IMG/VR virus record: IMGVR_UViG_3300017971_000201
Location: 64,001-128,000 of that record
Origin: a virus
DNA length: 64,000 nt
Strand: one strand, 5' to 3'
Shown: positions 19,076-28,697 of the stretch, piece by piece
Layout of the letters: every line of letters starts with the position of its first letter
Numbering within the stretch: position 1 is the stretch's first letter
Notes under the pieces: model-generated
Database searches by the model: none
What the model was told of the DNA's origin: nothing
Seen by the model: the letters and a program-made list of their open reading frames with translations, nothing else
Made by a program: the position numbers and the translations under genes

Positions 19076-20935
19076 CTACCGCGTCTTGAGCTTGCGCCGC
19101 TTCCCCTTCTTCGGCCGGATGCCCAGACCGCCGAGCACCTTCTTCTTGAGGTGCTCGGGCGCTCCAGCCAGCTGAGCCTCGAGCCACGCCTTGCCCTTTG
19201 GGTTCTCGAGCGGCTTCGCCAGGATCCGCGTGGCGAACCGGTGCATCCTCGGCTCGATCTCGGTGCGGAACTCGACGCTGCTCGTGTCGTACGTCCCCTT
19301 GTTCTCGATCTCGTAGTAGCGGTGACCGAACTTCTGCTTGTAGACCTGGGCGGCCTTCGCCACCGCCTTGTGCGAGGCGACCACATCTGCGTCAGGAACC
19401 GTCCGTCCCCGTGCTTGGTTGCGGGCGCGGGCAACGTCGAGAGGGGTGACCACCATCACCATGGAGCAGTCGTAGCCGAGGTCTTCGAGCGCCCTCTTGC
19501 CTTTCAGGATGTAGGTGGGGTTCTTGGCGGTGCCATCGACGACCATGCCGAGCCGCCCGCGCGCGAATTGCTCGCGCTGATTCATCATCGTGTACCACGA
19601 GCGGTCGTGCAGCTCCTTCCCGATCGATGGGAACTTGGGGTTGTCAGTCGGTAACTGGAAGGCCGTCTTGAGATCGATGCCCTTCTGCCGTACGCGCCAG
19701 GCGAAGATCTCGTCCATGCTCAGCGCCTTGAGCCCGAAGGCTGCGCCGAGCTGGCTGCCGAGCTTCCCGAACATCGTGCCGGCGGTGAAGCTCTTGCCCG
19801 AGTTGTGGTGGACGGCTCCCTCGGCCACGTAGTTCGCCCAGCGCGGCACGGTCAGGTCGTAGTAGACCCCCTCACCCGCTGGCTTGATCGTCCGCACTCG
19901 TTTCCACATGCTATGATAACGGCATGACGCCACAGCAGCTTGATGAGATGGAGCGCCTCTACCAAGAGGGCTGGAACTCGGTCCAGCTCGGTCTTCGCTA
20001 CGACCGAACGCCGCCGACGATCCGCTACCACCTACGGAAGCGCGGTGCGACGGTGCGCTCCCGTGGAGAGGCGAACCGGCTCCGCGCCCCGAGCGCGCGC
20101 TGTCAGGTAGACGAAGCGAAACTGCGCGAGCTTCACGGTCGGGGTCTGAGAACGAGGGAGATCGGGTCTGCTCTTGGTGTAAGCGCGGAGACTGTTCGCC
20201 GCCGCCTGCGAGACCTGGGCATCGCTCGCCACCAGCGCGGAGCGCCTGGGGAGCGGAATCGTCACTGGCAGGGGGGCCGCATCGTGGACGACGATGGCTA
20301 CGTGCTCGTCCACCGACCGGATCACCCGTTTGCGACGAAGGCCGGCTACATGCGCGAGCACCGGCTGGTGATGGAGGCGCACCTGGGTCGCTACCTTGAT
20401 CCGTCTGAGGTTGTCCACCACGCAGACAAGAACCCGCAGAACAATGCGCCGTCGAACCTGAAGCTCTACGCGACGAACGCAGAGCATCTTCGGGACGAAC
20501 AGACCGGAGTTCCGAAGAACGTGTCACCGGAAGGTCGCCGCAGGCTGCAAGCCGCTGGTCGCAAGAGTGGCGCAACTCGGAGAGCGAAAGCCAGCCGGAA
20601 GGCGTCAGGAAGCGGTGCTCGTCAGTCACGGTGACGCGCGACCCGTCCTCCAGCTCGATCTCGTGCAGCTCCGCCACACCCTTCACAAACGGCGCGTTGC
20701 ACTCGACCGGCTCGAACCCATCCGGTGTCAGTGCAAGTACGGTGATCGGCCCTCCGCGCTCGGCCAGCGCGTCTACGCGCTCCTCCAGTCCCGTACGCGG
20801 ATCGAGGATCTTCGTGTGCGGCGCGATGCAGCCCATACCGCCGCCGAGGAAGATCACCTTGAGGATGTGCGGATCGAAGACGCCTTCGTGCAGGCTCCGG
20901 GCAGCTGCCGGAACGATCCGCTCGAACAGGCACAC
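19076..20935 (-). CDS. Zeta-toxin-like P-loop kinase (probable head protein) with an intein in Walker A
   Basis: GTG 20935; LHEGVFDPHILKVIFLGGGMG-[intein]-SGKS; VVDGT; A..RN..R.R.VP. Confidence 0.8.
   Translation of the reverse strand: MCLFERIVPAAARSLHEGVFDPHILKVIFLGGGMGCIAPHTKILDPRTGLEERVDALAERGGPITVLALTPDGFEPVECNAPFVKGVAELHEIELEDGSRVTVTDEHRFLTPSGWLSLSELRHSCDQRLAACGDLPVTRSSELRSVRPEDALRSSRRASGSTAHCSAGSCLRGGQPQTDQGSDPGAPPSPAGARACSRPSSQTGDPVGGRARSHRRPRCGPPASDDSAPQALRAGGERCPGLAGGGEQSPRLHQEQTRSPSFSDPDREARAVSLRLPDSARSGRGAGSPLHGSAPSHRASVGGSGSSAAFGRSEDRAGPSSSPLGRGAPSHQAAVASCRYHSMWKRVRTIKPAGEGVYYDLTVPRWANYVAEGAVHHNSGKSFTAGTMFGKLGSQLGAAFGLKALSMDEIFAWRVRQKGIDLKTAFQLPTDNPKFPSIGKELHDRSWYTMMNQREQFARGRLGMVVDGTAKNPTYILKGKRALEDLGYDCSMVMVVTPLDVARARNQARGRTVPDADVVASHKAVAKAAQVYKQKFGHRYYEIENKGTYDTSSVEFRTEIEPRMHRFATRILAKPLENPKGKAWLEAQLAGAPEHLKKKVLGGLGIRPKKGKRRKLKTR
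19802..20830 (-). mobile_element. Intein (343 aa) in the kinase Walker A motif
   Basis: Begins CIAPHTKI, block B TDEHRF, ends YDLTVP..NYVAEGAVHHN/S; removal restores GGMGSGKS. Confidence 0.92.
19924..20634 (+). CDS. HTH-HNH endonuclease nested antisense inside the intein
   Basis: Two HTH repeats, GERNRHWQGG, EHRLVME.HLGR.L...EVVHH.D.N..NN.PSNL; TATGAT at 19912-19917, 6 nt before ATG. Confidence 0.88.
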   Translation: MTPQQLDEMERLYQEGWNSVQLGLRYDRTPPTIRYHLRKRGATVRSRGEANRLRAPSARCQVDEAKLRELHGRGLRTREIGSALGVSAETVRRRLRDLGIARHQRGAPGERNRHWQGGRIVDDDGYVLVHRPDHPFATKAGYMREHRLVMEAHLGRYLDPSEVVHHADKNPQNNAPSNLKLYATNAEHLRDEQTGVPKNVSPEGRRRLQAAGRKSGATRRAKASRKASGSGARQSR

Positions 20936-20936
20936 G

Positions 20937-21470
20937 CTAGTACAGGTTCTTGCCGCGCTGCTTGTCCGCCGCGTCGGCACAGGACTCCGCAGCCTTGGCC
21001 GCCGCACGGAGCGACGAGACCAGAGCCTTGTGCTTGGGCTCCATCTTGGAGAGTCCGGGGTCCTTCCAGCGCTTCTTCTCGGCCCACATCCGCTCGCATG
21101 TCGTGGCCGCATCCTCGAGCGCGTACTGGAGATCGCGCTTGTTGATGTAGCGACGGGGCATCATGCCCATCATCTCGTGGAGAGGGTTGCGGCCGTCGTC
21201 CTGATCCTGTTCCTGCTCGGTCAGGCCGGCCAGCTTGTCGAACTGTCCCATCGTGTCCTCCTGGGCGCCCTTACCCTTCATGCGAACGATGGCAAAGCCC
21301 GCCCTCTTGAGGGCACTTCGGATCGCGAGCACCTTGTCGTACGGCTTGGTGAACTTCTCACCATGCTGCAAAGCCTTCAGGAGAGCGGCGTCCACCTCCT
21401 TGCGCTTGGCGATCTTCTCGCCCGCGTTCTTGGCCTCAACCAGTCCCGCCCTCTCGTCGAAGTGCCCCAC
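20937..21470 (-). CDS. Hypothetical protein, probable internal head protein
   Basis: Repeated MGxFD..AGL.E units and an LHE site. Confidence 0.6.
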   Translation of the reverse strand: MGHFDERAGLVEAKNAGEKIAKRKEVDAALLKALQHGEKFTKPYDKVLAIRSALKRAGFAIVRMKGKGAQEDTMGQFDKLAGLTEQEQDQDDGRNPLHEMMGMMPRRYINKRDLQYALEDAATTCERMWAEKKRWKDPGLSKMEPKHKALVSSLRAAAKAAESCADAADKQRGKNLY

Positions 21471-21485
21471 CGCCGCTCCTCTACG

Positions 21486-21746
21486 TCATCCCTGGATGGC
21501 CTGGTCAAGGTGATCAATGGCCGTACTCACCGCACCTCTGGCTCGCATCGCTTTGTGCACGCGACGATCGAGCGATTGGCGTGCGCCAGGCTTGGCGACC
21601 TTGAGCTGCTTGCGGACCAGGGCCTCGATCGTCTTCAGCCTGTCGCCAATTCCCTCCAGCGAGGACTTGGCCGACATGAGCGAGGACACCGCCGCCTCGG
21701 CTTCCACAAGCGACTCATCCTCGATCACGCGATCGAACAGGCTCAT
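21486..21746 (-). CDS. Small coiled-coil protein, probable internal head protein
   Basis: N-terminus MSLFDRVIEDESLVEA. Confidence 0.6.
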   Translation of the reverse strand: MSLFDRVIEDESLVEAEAAVSSLMSAKSSLEGIGDRLKTIEALVRKQLKVAKPGARQSLDRRVHKAMRARGAVSTAIDHLDQAIQG

Positions 21747-21786
21747 AATCTTTCTCTCGGTTGATTGGTCTGCGCTGACCCCGCGC

Positions 21787-22272
21787 TTACGCGGAGATGA
21801 TCTCGACCTCCAGCTCCTCGAGAGTGAGCGTCAGCTCTTGGAGCGCGACCTCGGAACCGGTAGCGTCCTTGTCGGCCATCGGCTTGACCGTGGACGGCCA
21901 GCACTCGCGCAGGCGCATGATCCGGGAGGGCGACCCGTCGATCCCGAACTCGTCGGTGATGTGGAACTCCATGATCATCAGGTCGGAGCGGTAGGTCTCC
22001 GCTGAACCGTTGATCACGTCGATGATCCACTTGTAGAAGTCGGACTCCCGCTGGACCGTGCCCTTCATCAGCTGGCACTCGCCGACGGTCTGGATGCCGG
22101 GGAACTTCCGGGTCCAGCGGTACACGCCCTCGCGGTACTCCGCCGGATCGATGCTGACCTCGGGGGTCGAGACCGTGGAGAACCCGGCGACGGGGTCGAG
22201 ATGCCCGCCGGCCGGGTCCACGACGTGGAACCTGTAGTTCAAATACGGATCTGTACTTGCAGCGCGGGCCAT
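21787..22272 (-). CDS. gp19: Tail tube protein
   Basis: DPY.NYRF.V, AGFS.VS.PE.....EYREG, K.PG, L.KG, SEVA..ELTL..E; downstream of the sheath. Confidence 0.92.
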   Translation of the reverse strand: MARAASTDPYLNYRFHVVDPAGGHLDPVAGFSTVSTPEVSIDPAEYREGVYRWTRKFPGIQTVGECQLMKGTVQRESDFYKWIIDVINGSAETYRSDLMIMEFHITDEFGIDGSPSRIMRLRECWPSTVKPMADKDATGSEVALQELTLTLEELEVEIISA

Positions 22273-23171
22273 TAGCTCACCCTCCGTGCGTTGGTCTTGT
22301 CGAGGATACCTTGTCGATCGCGAAGCTCACGGTAGGTAAAGCCAAGCGAATTGAGCTTCCGTTCGTCCCAGATGGAGAACGGCAGGCTTGGATGGTCCTG
22401 CGTGAAGGCTTCGATCAGGCGATCCTGAGTCTTAGTCCGCCGACCCTTCACATCGATGAGGTTGACCAGCGCGCCGTCATCGTCATAGACCCAGAAATCA
22501 GGCGTGTACCTGCGAGGCTTGCCGGACCGGGTTCGCAAACTGTCGAGGTCGTAGCTGGTCACCTCGTAGATCCAGGTCAGCGCTTGCTGATCGAGCCACC
22601 AGGCCGCGAGCACCTCCCACGAGGATCGCATCAGGAACTCGCGGCCGAGCCTGTCGGTGAACGACCACTTCTTCCCGCGATGGTTGAACCCCTGCGGCCG
22701 GAGCCTGGCTCCAACCCGATGCAGCAAGAGATTGATGCCGGTAAGCGACATCCTGTAGTACTTGGCAAGCTCGGTGGTCGTGCGTCCTGCCGCATAAGCG
22801 GCGGCGATCTCGCGCTCCTTCGCGTCCGACCACCGCTTGTTCCGGTGGCCGGTCGCATCGCGCTCAACGCCAGCAGCGCGCAGCGTGTCGTAGACGCAGT
22901 CCTGCCCAACACCCAGTGCTGCCGCGATCTTAGGACCGCTCTCGCCCGATTGGTAGCGGCGTACGACCTCCGACCGCCGCTTCTTATCGAACTTGACGTG
23001 CCCCATGTTCTTCCGCAGCCGCTTGAGGCCCAGCTTCGAGGCCCGCGTCCGAACAGCCATAGGAGATCGACCTGGCAGCCGGTCAGCGCACCACGACGGA
23101 CCGTGGTCGGGGTACGAGGCGCGAAGCACCTCGTCCTCCTCCCTCGTCCATCTGGACGCTGCACGAGCCAT
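22272..23171 (-). mobile_element. Free-standing homing-endonuclease-like gene (Myb/HTH repeats plus PD-(D/E)xK nuclease)
   Basis: RWT.EED..L, HTH repeats, RSSWE...A..LD.....YE, YTPDF....IDVKG; sits between sheath and tube. Confidence 0.8.
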
Positions 23172-23199
23172 GTCTGTCTCCTATCCTTGCCCGACCCGC

Positions 23200-25962
23200 C
23201 TACGAGATCTGCGTGCCGACCGGCTGCTGGAGGGTGAAGATGATGAACTCCGCCGGCGTGCCGGGGTTGAACCCGATGTCGATGATCGCCTTGCCATCGG
23301 CCACGGTCGCGGCGTTGTTGTTCGTGGCGTTGCACGTCACGAAGAACGCCTCGGCCTCGGTCTCGCCGGCGAAGTAGCCGAGACGGAACAGCGAGCCGTA
23401 GTAGCCCTTGAGGGCGGTCTCGATCTTCGCCCACAACGGCGGCCCGTTGTTCTCGAACACAGCCCACTGGAGGTTGAGGCTGGTCGCGTACATCAGGAAC
23501 ATGTGCAGCGTGCGCGCGTTGATGTATCGCCAGCGCCTCTCTCGCGAGAGACTGCGAACCCCCCAGACGGCGATCCCGGTCGCGTCGCTCGAGATGATCG
23601 GGTTGATCCTCGACTGGTAGAGGTTGTCCCGGTCGGTCTTCTCCAGCACGAACTCGGCGGCGACGACGCCGACCGCGTTGAGCGCGCCGTCCTCGACACC
23701 ACCGGGGGCCTTCCCGACGTTCTTGACGTTCGCCGTGCGAGCGTAGACGCCGGCCACGAGCGGCGACACCGGCACCAGCTCGACCCGATCGGTGAGCGGG
23801 TTGACGAAGTAGATGTTGGGGTAGTACATCGCCCCGATCTTCTCGTCCCACGCCTGGTCGACCTGGATGTACTTGATCGCCTCGCTCACGGTCGTGCCGT
23901 TGGCGTAGCACATGATCAGGTAGCGCAGGTCCGGCCGGTTCTTGGCGAACTGGACCATGTCGAACTGCACGAATTCCGAGCCCTCGAAGTCCGGCACCAC
24001 GACGTTGAGGGGCTCCTCGACCAGGTCGAGGGCGTAGATCCCCTGCTTGCTGGACTCCAAGGCGGCGGCCGAGATGTCCGCGCGGGTGACGGCCGTGCCG
24101 TTGACACCGCCGGACATCTGCCACTCCGCCGAGTCGGCGAGCCCGGTGTAGTTGCCCAGGATGGCGGTGCCGGCCGTCGGCGCGCTGTCCCAGGTCAGGT
24201 CCCAGGCGCCGGTGTCGTAGTCGATCGTGTTGGCACCGGCCGCGTCCACGTCTCCGACCAGGTTGCCGAGCCCATCGTCGGTCGCGACCTGGCCCGACTG
24301 GTAGTCGGCGTCGATCGTGGTCGTGTTCCTCGGGGCCACGAGCGTGGTGAGGGCGATGATCCCGGTGACGTAGTCGACCGAGCCAGCTGCACCAGCGACA
24401 CCGCCCAGCTCGGTCAGGTCTCCGGCCACGTCGCCGTTCACGATCCCGAGCGGAACGTAGTCCACCAGGATGTCCGTGCTGCCGATCGGAGCCACCGAGG
24501 CTTCGAAGTCGATCAGGCCGCTCTGGGTCGGGTTGGACACGTCGTCCACCAGGTCGATCGTGTTCGTGCCCACGCCGAGCGCGCCCGCGAGAGCGACTCC
24601 CTGCTCCAGGTTGTCCGTGCCGGCCGCCTTGGTGATGATCGCCGACGCGTTGTAGGTCGCGATGACCGTGCTGGTGAGCACCAGCCCGCCGCCCAGCGAT
24701 CCGGTCACGAGCCCGGTCATGGCACCGGTGACGTAGTTGATGGTCCCGCCGCCCGGCATGGCCAGGGGGTTCACCAGGTTGCCGAGCCCGTCGTCGAGGA
24801 TGACCTGCGCGCCGTCGTCCACGGTCGTCACCGCGATGGCGACAGTGCCGGGGTGAACCGGCGTGCCGGTCAGCGGTGCCGTGCTGAGGTCGTAGTTGCC
24901 ACCCGGCGACGACGCGACCAGCGTCTCCGGCGAAGGACCGGCCACGATCGCGTAGCGGAGCTGGAAGACCGTGTTCTCCCGGTAGACGGGAGCGGTCAGC
25001 GCGCCAGCCGCGATCTGGAAGGACGTGTCGGCTCCGTTGACCGTGCCGAGCGCGAACGGGCCGCTGCCGAGGTTGTCGAACTGGTTGCTGACCTTGGCGT
25101 AGAACAGCCGCAGGCTGCCGTCGAGCACCGGCGTCGTCGGGAGCGTCATCGCGAACGATGTCTCGATCCCGTCGACCGCCGGTGTTGGCGTCTGGCCCTC
25201 GTCGTCCTGCTGGGCATCGGCCGCGACGATCCGCAGCGTGTTGTCCAGGCAGGCGCCGGCCGAGAGCGTCCCCGAGAACTGCGTGTCGATGCCGTTGACC
25301 GATCCGCCGGCCACCAGCACCTCGTCCTCCTCGTATGAGGGGAGCAACCCGCTCGGCGTGCCGCCCGCGCCTTCGGTGATCTCCACCAGCTGGGAGGGCC
25401 GCCGGGGATCGGTGAGGACGGTGGTGACGTAGTCGGCCGCGTCCGGGTCGGTGAACTGGACCGCCTCGTAGGTCTCCTCGGAGACGAGGATCGAGGCGTC
25501 GAACTCCGAAGGACGGAGGACGAGCAGGTCGAACTTCCCCCACTGCTCGGCGCCGGCCGTCCGGTCGAGGAAGTTGCGGTTCCCTCGGATGTGGATCCGG
25601 GTCGTGTTCCCCCAGGTCCCCTCACCCTTCATGGTGAAGGTCCACTTGGTGGGGCCAGGCGACGCGTCGATGTTCGCCCACGCCGAGATGGCATCGGACG
25701 GAACCACACGGACGATGTAGGCCCGCTGTCCACCGTTCCCGAAGAAGCCCTGGATCCCGATCGGGACCAGACCTAATGACGAGATCTGGCCGAAGACCCG
25801 CTCGAACTCGACGGTCGAGCGGACCTCGACCGGCGTGTTGCTCGGTCCCTCGTCGGTCCATCCGACGAACGCCGCCTTCGCGGGAGAGATGCCCTCGGGG
25901 GCACGAGACGGCTCCTTCTCGAAGCCGTAGACACCTGGGCTGAGGATTTCGAGTTGGGCCAC
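23200..25962 (-). CDS. gp18: Tail sheath protein (920 aa, with large inserted repeat domains)
   Basis: SPGVY..E, AFVG....GP, KAPGG, RINPI, VWG.RSL, RYINAR, FE.N...LW, PAEFI. Confidence 0.95.
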   Translation of the reverse strand: MAQLEILSPGVYGFEKEPSRAPEGISPAKAAFVGWTDEGPSNTPVEVRSTVEFERVFGQISSLGLVPIGIQGFFGNGGQRAYIVRVVPSDAISAWANIDASPGPTKWTFTMKGEGTWGNTTRIHIRGNRNFLDRTAGAEQWGKFDLLVLRPSEFDASILVSEETYEAVQFTDPDAADYVTTVLTDPRRPSQLVEITEGAGGTPSGLLPSYEEDEVLVAGGSVNGIDTQFSGTLSAGACLDNTLRIVAADAQQDDEGQTPTPAVDGIETSFAMTLPTTPVLDGSLRLFYAKVSNQFDNLGSGPFALGTVNGADTSFQIAAGALTAPVYRENTVFQLRYAIVAGPSPETLVASSPGGNYDLSTAPLTGTPVHPGTVAIAVTTVDDGAQVILDDGLGNLVNPLAMPGGGTINYVTGAMTGLVTGSLGGGLVLTSTVIATYNASAIITKAAGTDNLEQGVALAGALGVGTNTIDLVDDVSNPTQSGLIDFEASVAPIGSTDILVDYVPLGIVNGDVAGDLTELGGVAGAAGSVDYVTGIIALTTLVAPRNTTTIDADYQSGQVATDDGLGNLVGDVDAAGANTIDYDTGAWDLTWDSAPTAGTAILGNYTGLADSAEWQMSGGVNGTAVTRADISAAALESSKQGIYALDLVEEPLNVVVPDFEGSEFVQFDMVQFAKNRPDLRYLIMCYANGTTVSEAIKYIQVDQAWDEKIGAMYYPNIYFVNPLTDRVELVPVSPLVAGVYARTANVKNVGKAPGGVEDGALNAVGVVAAEFVLEKTDRDNLYQSRINPIISSDATGIAVWGVRSLSRERRWRYINARTLHMFLMYATSLNLQWAVFENNGPPLWAKIETALKGYYGSLFRLGYFAGETEAEAFFVTCNATNNNAATVADGKAIIDIGFNPGTPAEFIIFTLQQPVGTQIS

Positions 25963-26004
25963 GGCGCTCTCCTAAGCTCTCTCTTGGCTGGTTGCGGACC
26001 GAGC

Positions 26005-26319
26005 CTACTTGGGCTCGTCGTCGAGGATCGCGATGGGAGTGTCATCCGCCCGCGCCGGCTTCGGCTTGGGCGACGGGGTCTTCTTGGGGGCCGGGAGTGG
26101 CCTCGGCTTGACGGCGGTCGCCACCTTCGTCGCCCGCAGGGCATTGGCCTCGCGATCCGACAGCTGACGGAGCCGCTTCGCTCGCAGCCCGCGCACGACG
26201 CCCTTGTTCGAGGGACTGGCCTCGAAGATCTGGCCGGGCCGATGTGCCTTCGTCACGCCTCCGGGAAAGTCCACCATCCACGGACCGCGCCCGGTGACCT
26301 GGTAGTACTGAGTCCTCAT
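26005..26319 (-). CDS. Hypothetical protein (104 aa)
   Basis: Coupled to the upstream gene; basic Pro-rich tail. Confidence 0.65.
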   Translation of the reverse strand: MRTQYYQVTGRGPWMVDFPGGVTKAHRPGQIFEASPSNKGVVRGLRAKRLRQLSDREANALRATKVATAVKPRPLPAPKKTPSPKPKPARADDTPIAILDDEPK

Positions 26320-27110
26320 TCGTCACTCCCTATGGCGGTAACCCGCTTCATCGGCTGTCCGTCGCCGTAGAGGCCGCCGCCTCCCGGATCGGGACCAGGG
26401 TTGTTCGGATCAACCGGCTCGATTGGATCAGGCTGCGTTCCTCCGACGAATCCCGGGACGACCGTGGGCACCTTGTCGAGCGTCAGTTCCCCTTCGACGC
26501 GAAGTGACAGGCTGAGCCCACACACCCGATCGACGAGCGAGTTGATCTCCGTGAGATCCGCTGTCCCCTCCTGAAACGTATGGTAGACGCGCTCGACTCC
26601 GAGGCCGTCGACCACCGTGACTTCACCATAGAGAGGATACCGAACCATCACCATCTGGAGAAGCACCTGGGCGACAGTCCGGTGCCGGCTCCAGCACTCG
26701 ACCGTGTACGTGAAGTCGTAGGGCCACTCCCGCTCCTTGATCTCGTAGTGAGACCAGCCGAGATCTTGGCCAACCGAGATCCGTACGGCACCTTCGGCCG
26801 GCAGGCGGTAAGAGAGCGTCGGCGACCAGACGCGCTGCTGGGATGGTGTCACGTCGTCGCGAATGACGAGAACGCAGGGAAGCTCCCACTCCTGGTCGGT
26901 GGGCTCCGACTGCTTGAACCCGACTAACGCGCGCTCGATCTTGATCGGCGCGTCGTTGCTGTTCGCGGGCTCAACGAAGACGCCGTCGAGCGGTAGGTAG
27001 TACTGATTCTTCTCCGCGTCGAGCTGCGCGCCGAGACCCTCAACGATCCCCTGATCGTAATCGATCAGGTCGATGTGGCCGGTCCGGTGTCCGAACTCGA
27101 GCGACGGCAT
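26316..27110 (-). CDS. Tail terminator/completion protein (gp15-like)
   Basis: LP...V.RD and PYDF.Y.V..W pattern; upstream of sheath; ATG 27110 lies 6 nt after TAGAAT. Confidence 0.6.
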   Translation of the reverse strand: MPSLEFGHRTGHIDLIDYDQGIVEGLGAQLDAEKNQYYLPLDGVFVEPANSNDAPIKIERALVGFKQSEPTDQEWELPCVLVIRDDVTPSQQRVWSPTLSYRLPAEGAVRISVGQDLGWSHYEIKEREWPYDFTYTVECWSRHRTVAQVLLQMVMVRYPLYGEVTVVDGLGVERVYHTFQEGTADLTEINSLVDRVCGLSLSLRVEGELTLDKVPTVVPGFVGGTQPDPIEPVDPNNPGPDPGGGGLYGDGQPMKRVTAIGSDE

Positions 27111-27149
27111 GGGCACATTCTACGGTGGAGGGCCGCTGGCCGCCATAAA

Positions 27150-27908
27150 CTACAGCCAGCTCTCGTCCCGTCGTTTCTCCAGCCGCTTTCGCAGGCTATC
27201 GGCCAGTTTGTCCACCTCATCCAGCCGACCGCCGGCCAGCGCTTCCCTGATCTCTCGGCCAGCATTGGCAACCCACGCCGGGGCCTGGTTCTTCGCCGAT
27301 CTGGCCGTCTTCAGCCAGTGCGGAACTCGCGGGAACCCGCCCAGACCGTGCTCCAGACGCATCTGGAGGAACACGAGATCGATGAAGACCTTGCCGTTGA
27401 TCGAGGGCTTCACACCGTCGGTCACCGTCGCGCCGAGCTGCGTGATCTTGTTCACGACGTCAGCGTAGACCTCGCGTAGACGTCGGCGATGACCGTCCAT
27501 CTCGGTTACGGAAGCCGGCCGAACCTCGGCCTCAGCTGGGATACCACCCGAGACTGGCGGAAGCATGTCCACGGTCCACGGATTGTGCTTCGCCAGCTCG
27601 GCCGCGATCGGGCTCGATCCACCGATCTTGATCTGAGTGCTCTCGGCCGGGACCGTGGTGAGTGTCGTCCTCGAAAGTCCGGCGATGGCCCACTCGTCCT
27701 TGCTGTCGATCTCGAGGTACTGGATCGCATCACGGTAGAGATCGAGCCACTTCTCGCCTCTCGGGATCCGCTTTCTCACATCCTCCTGAATGCCCTGGGC
27801 GATGGCGCGACCCGCGACCGTGCCCGCAGCTCGGACGCGCTTCATCACGTCTCGCTGGAGGTTCTTGGGTAGCTTCCCTGTCGTCGTAACCTTAATGAAC
27901 TTAGCCAT
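27150..27908 (-). CDS. Virion morphogenesis protein (HK97 gp10-like neck/tail component)
   Basis: LEHG.....P.W C-terminal pattern; neck-region position. Confidence 0.5.
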   Translation of the reverse strand: MAKFIKVTTTGKLPKNLQRDVMKRVRAAGTVAGRAIAQGIQEDVRKRIPRGEKWLDLYRDAIQYLEIDSKDEWAIAGLSRTTLTTVPAESTQIKIGGSSPIAAELAKHNPWTVDMLPPVSGGIPAEAEVRPASVTEMDGHRRRLREVYADVVNKITQLGATVTDGVKPSINGKVFIDLVFLQMRLEHGLGGFPRVPHWLKTARSAKNQAPAWVANAGREIREALAGGRLDEVDKLADSLRKRLEKRRDESWL

Positions 27909-28697
27909 TTACGCTCTCGGCGGCGGCGAGTCCGGCGAGAGGTCACCAGGCGTTGTATCGCCAGTCGACCCGTCCGGCGGCGACTCTGAGAGCTTCCGCT
28001 CGGCGATCTTGCGCTGCGGCTCGTACTTGGAGGACTTCACGAGGATCATCTTGTAGGCGGTGAAGAAGCCGTCGCCGCCGAACCGGCCTCCCTCGCTGTC
28101 TCGGTCGACGTCCTCCACGTCCATGTACATGTCGAGCCCTTTGGTGAAGCGGACGACGTCGCCAGGACGCGGCTGGAGGTTCCATTCCCGGTCGCACAGC
28201 ACTCGCGCGAGGTAGAAGTCGCACCGGCGGACGTAGATCACGCCGCGCTCGTCTGGCTCCTGCTCGTGCTCGACGTTGTCCACTCGCCCGCGAACGAGGA
28301 TCGGCTGCATGTAGGGCCAGTCAGGCTGGATCTCCCGCTTGGCGGAGTCGATCCGGCTCTTGATGATCACGCGCTCGCCGTAGAGCGCGAGACCGGCGTG
28401 CTTCTTCCTGGCGAACGGATCGTCGGGCTGTGTCTCCGGCGTCGCGAGCTTGCTCCGGTGGCCCGCGTTCGACAGCGGGTGATCGCCATCGATCCGCCTG
28501 TTCTGATCCTCGAGCACGTAGTAGTAGGCGTTCACCCCGCGCAGGCGAGTGAGCTGGCGCGAGATGAAGTCGGCGTACGCCTTGTTGCGCGTGCCGTAGA
28601 ACGTGTCGGGAACACCAGCCACGCCGCTGGTGCCGGGGAGGGCCTTGAACTGGCCGTACTCGTAATCCGGTGGGGTGGGCGGTCGCACATCAGCCAC
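27909..28697 (-). CDS. Neck protein (gp14-like)
   Basis: LYGE, PRPGDVV, Y.DV.DV; follows the gp13-like gene. Confidence 0.6.
   Translation of the reverse strand: MADVRPPTPPDYEYGQFKALPGTSGVAGVPDTFYGTRNKAYADFISRQLTRLRGVNAYYYVLEDQNRRIDGDHPLSNAGHRSKLATPETQPDDPFARKKHAGLALYGERVIIKSRIDSAKREIQPDWPYMQPILVRGRVDNVEHEQEPDERGVIYVRRCDFYLARVLCDREWNLQPRPGDVVRFTKGLDMYMDVEDVDRDSEGGRFGGDGFFTAYKMILVKSSKYEPQRKIAERKLSESPPDGSTGDTTPGDLSPDSPPPRA

Noticed and set aside
22272-23171. Group I intron in the tube gene
   Set aside because: The insert is entirely coding with no room for ribozyme elements, and the tube gene has its own full start
6531-27110. Extracellular contractile injection system or tailocin
   Set aside because: Portal, protease, capsid and neck genes are in the same module, so it is a phage
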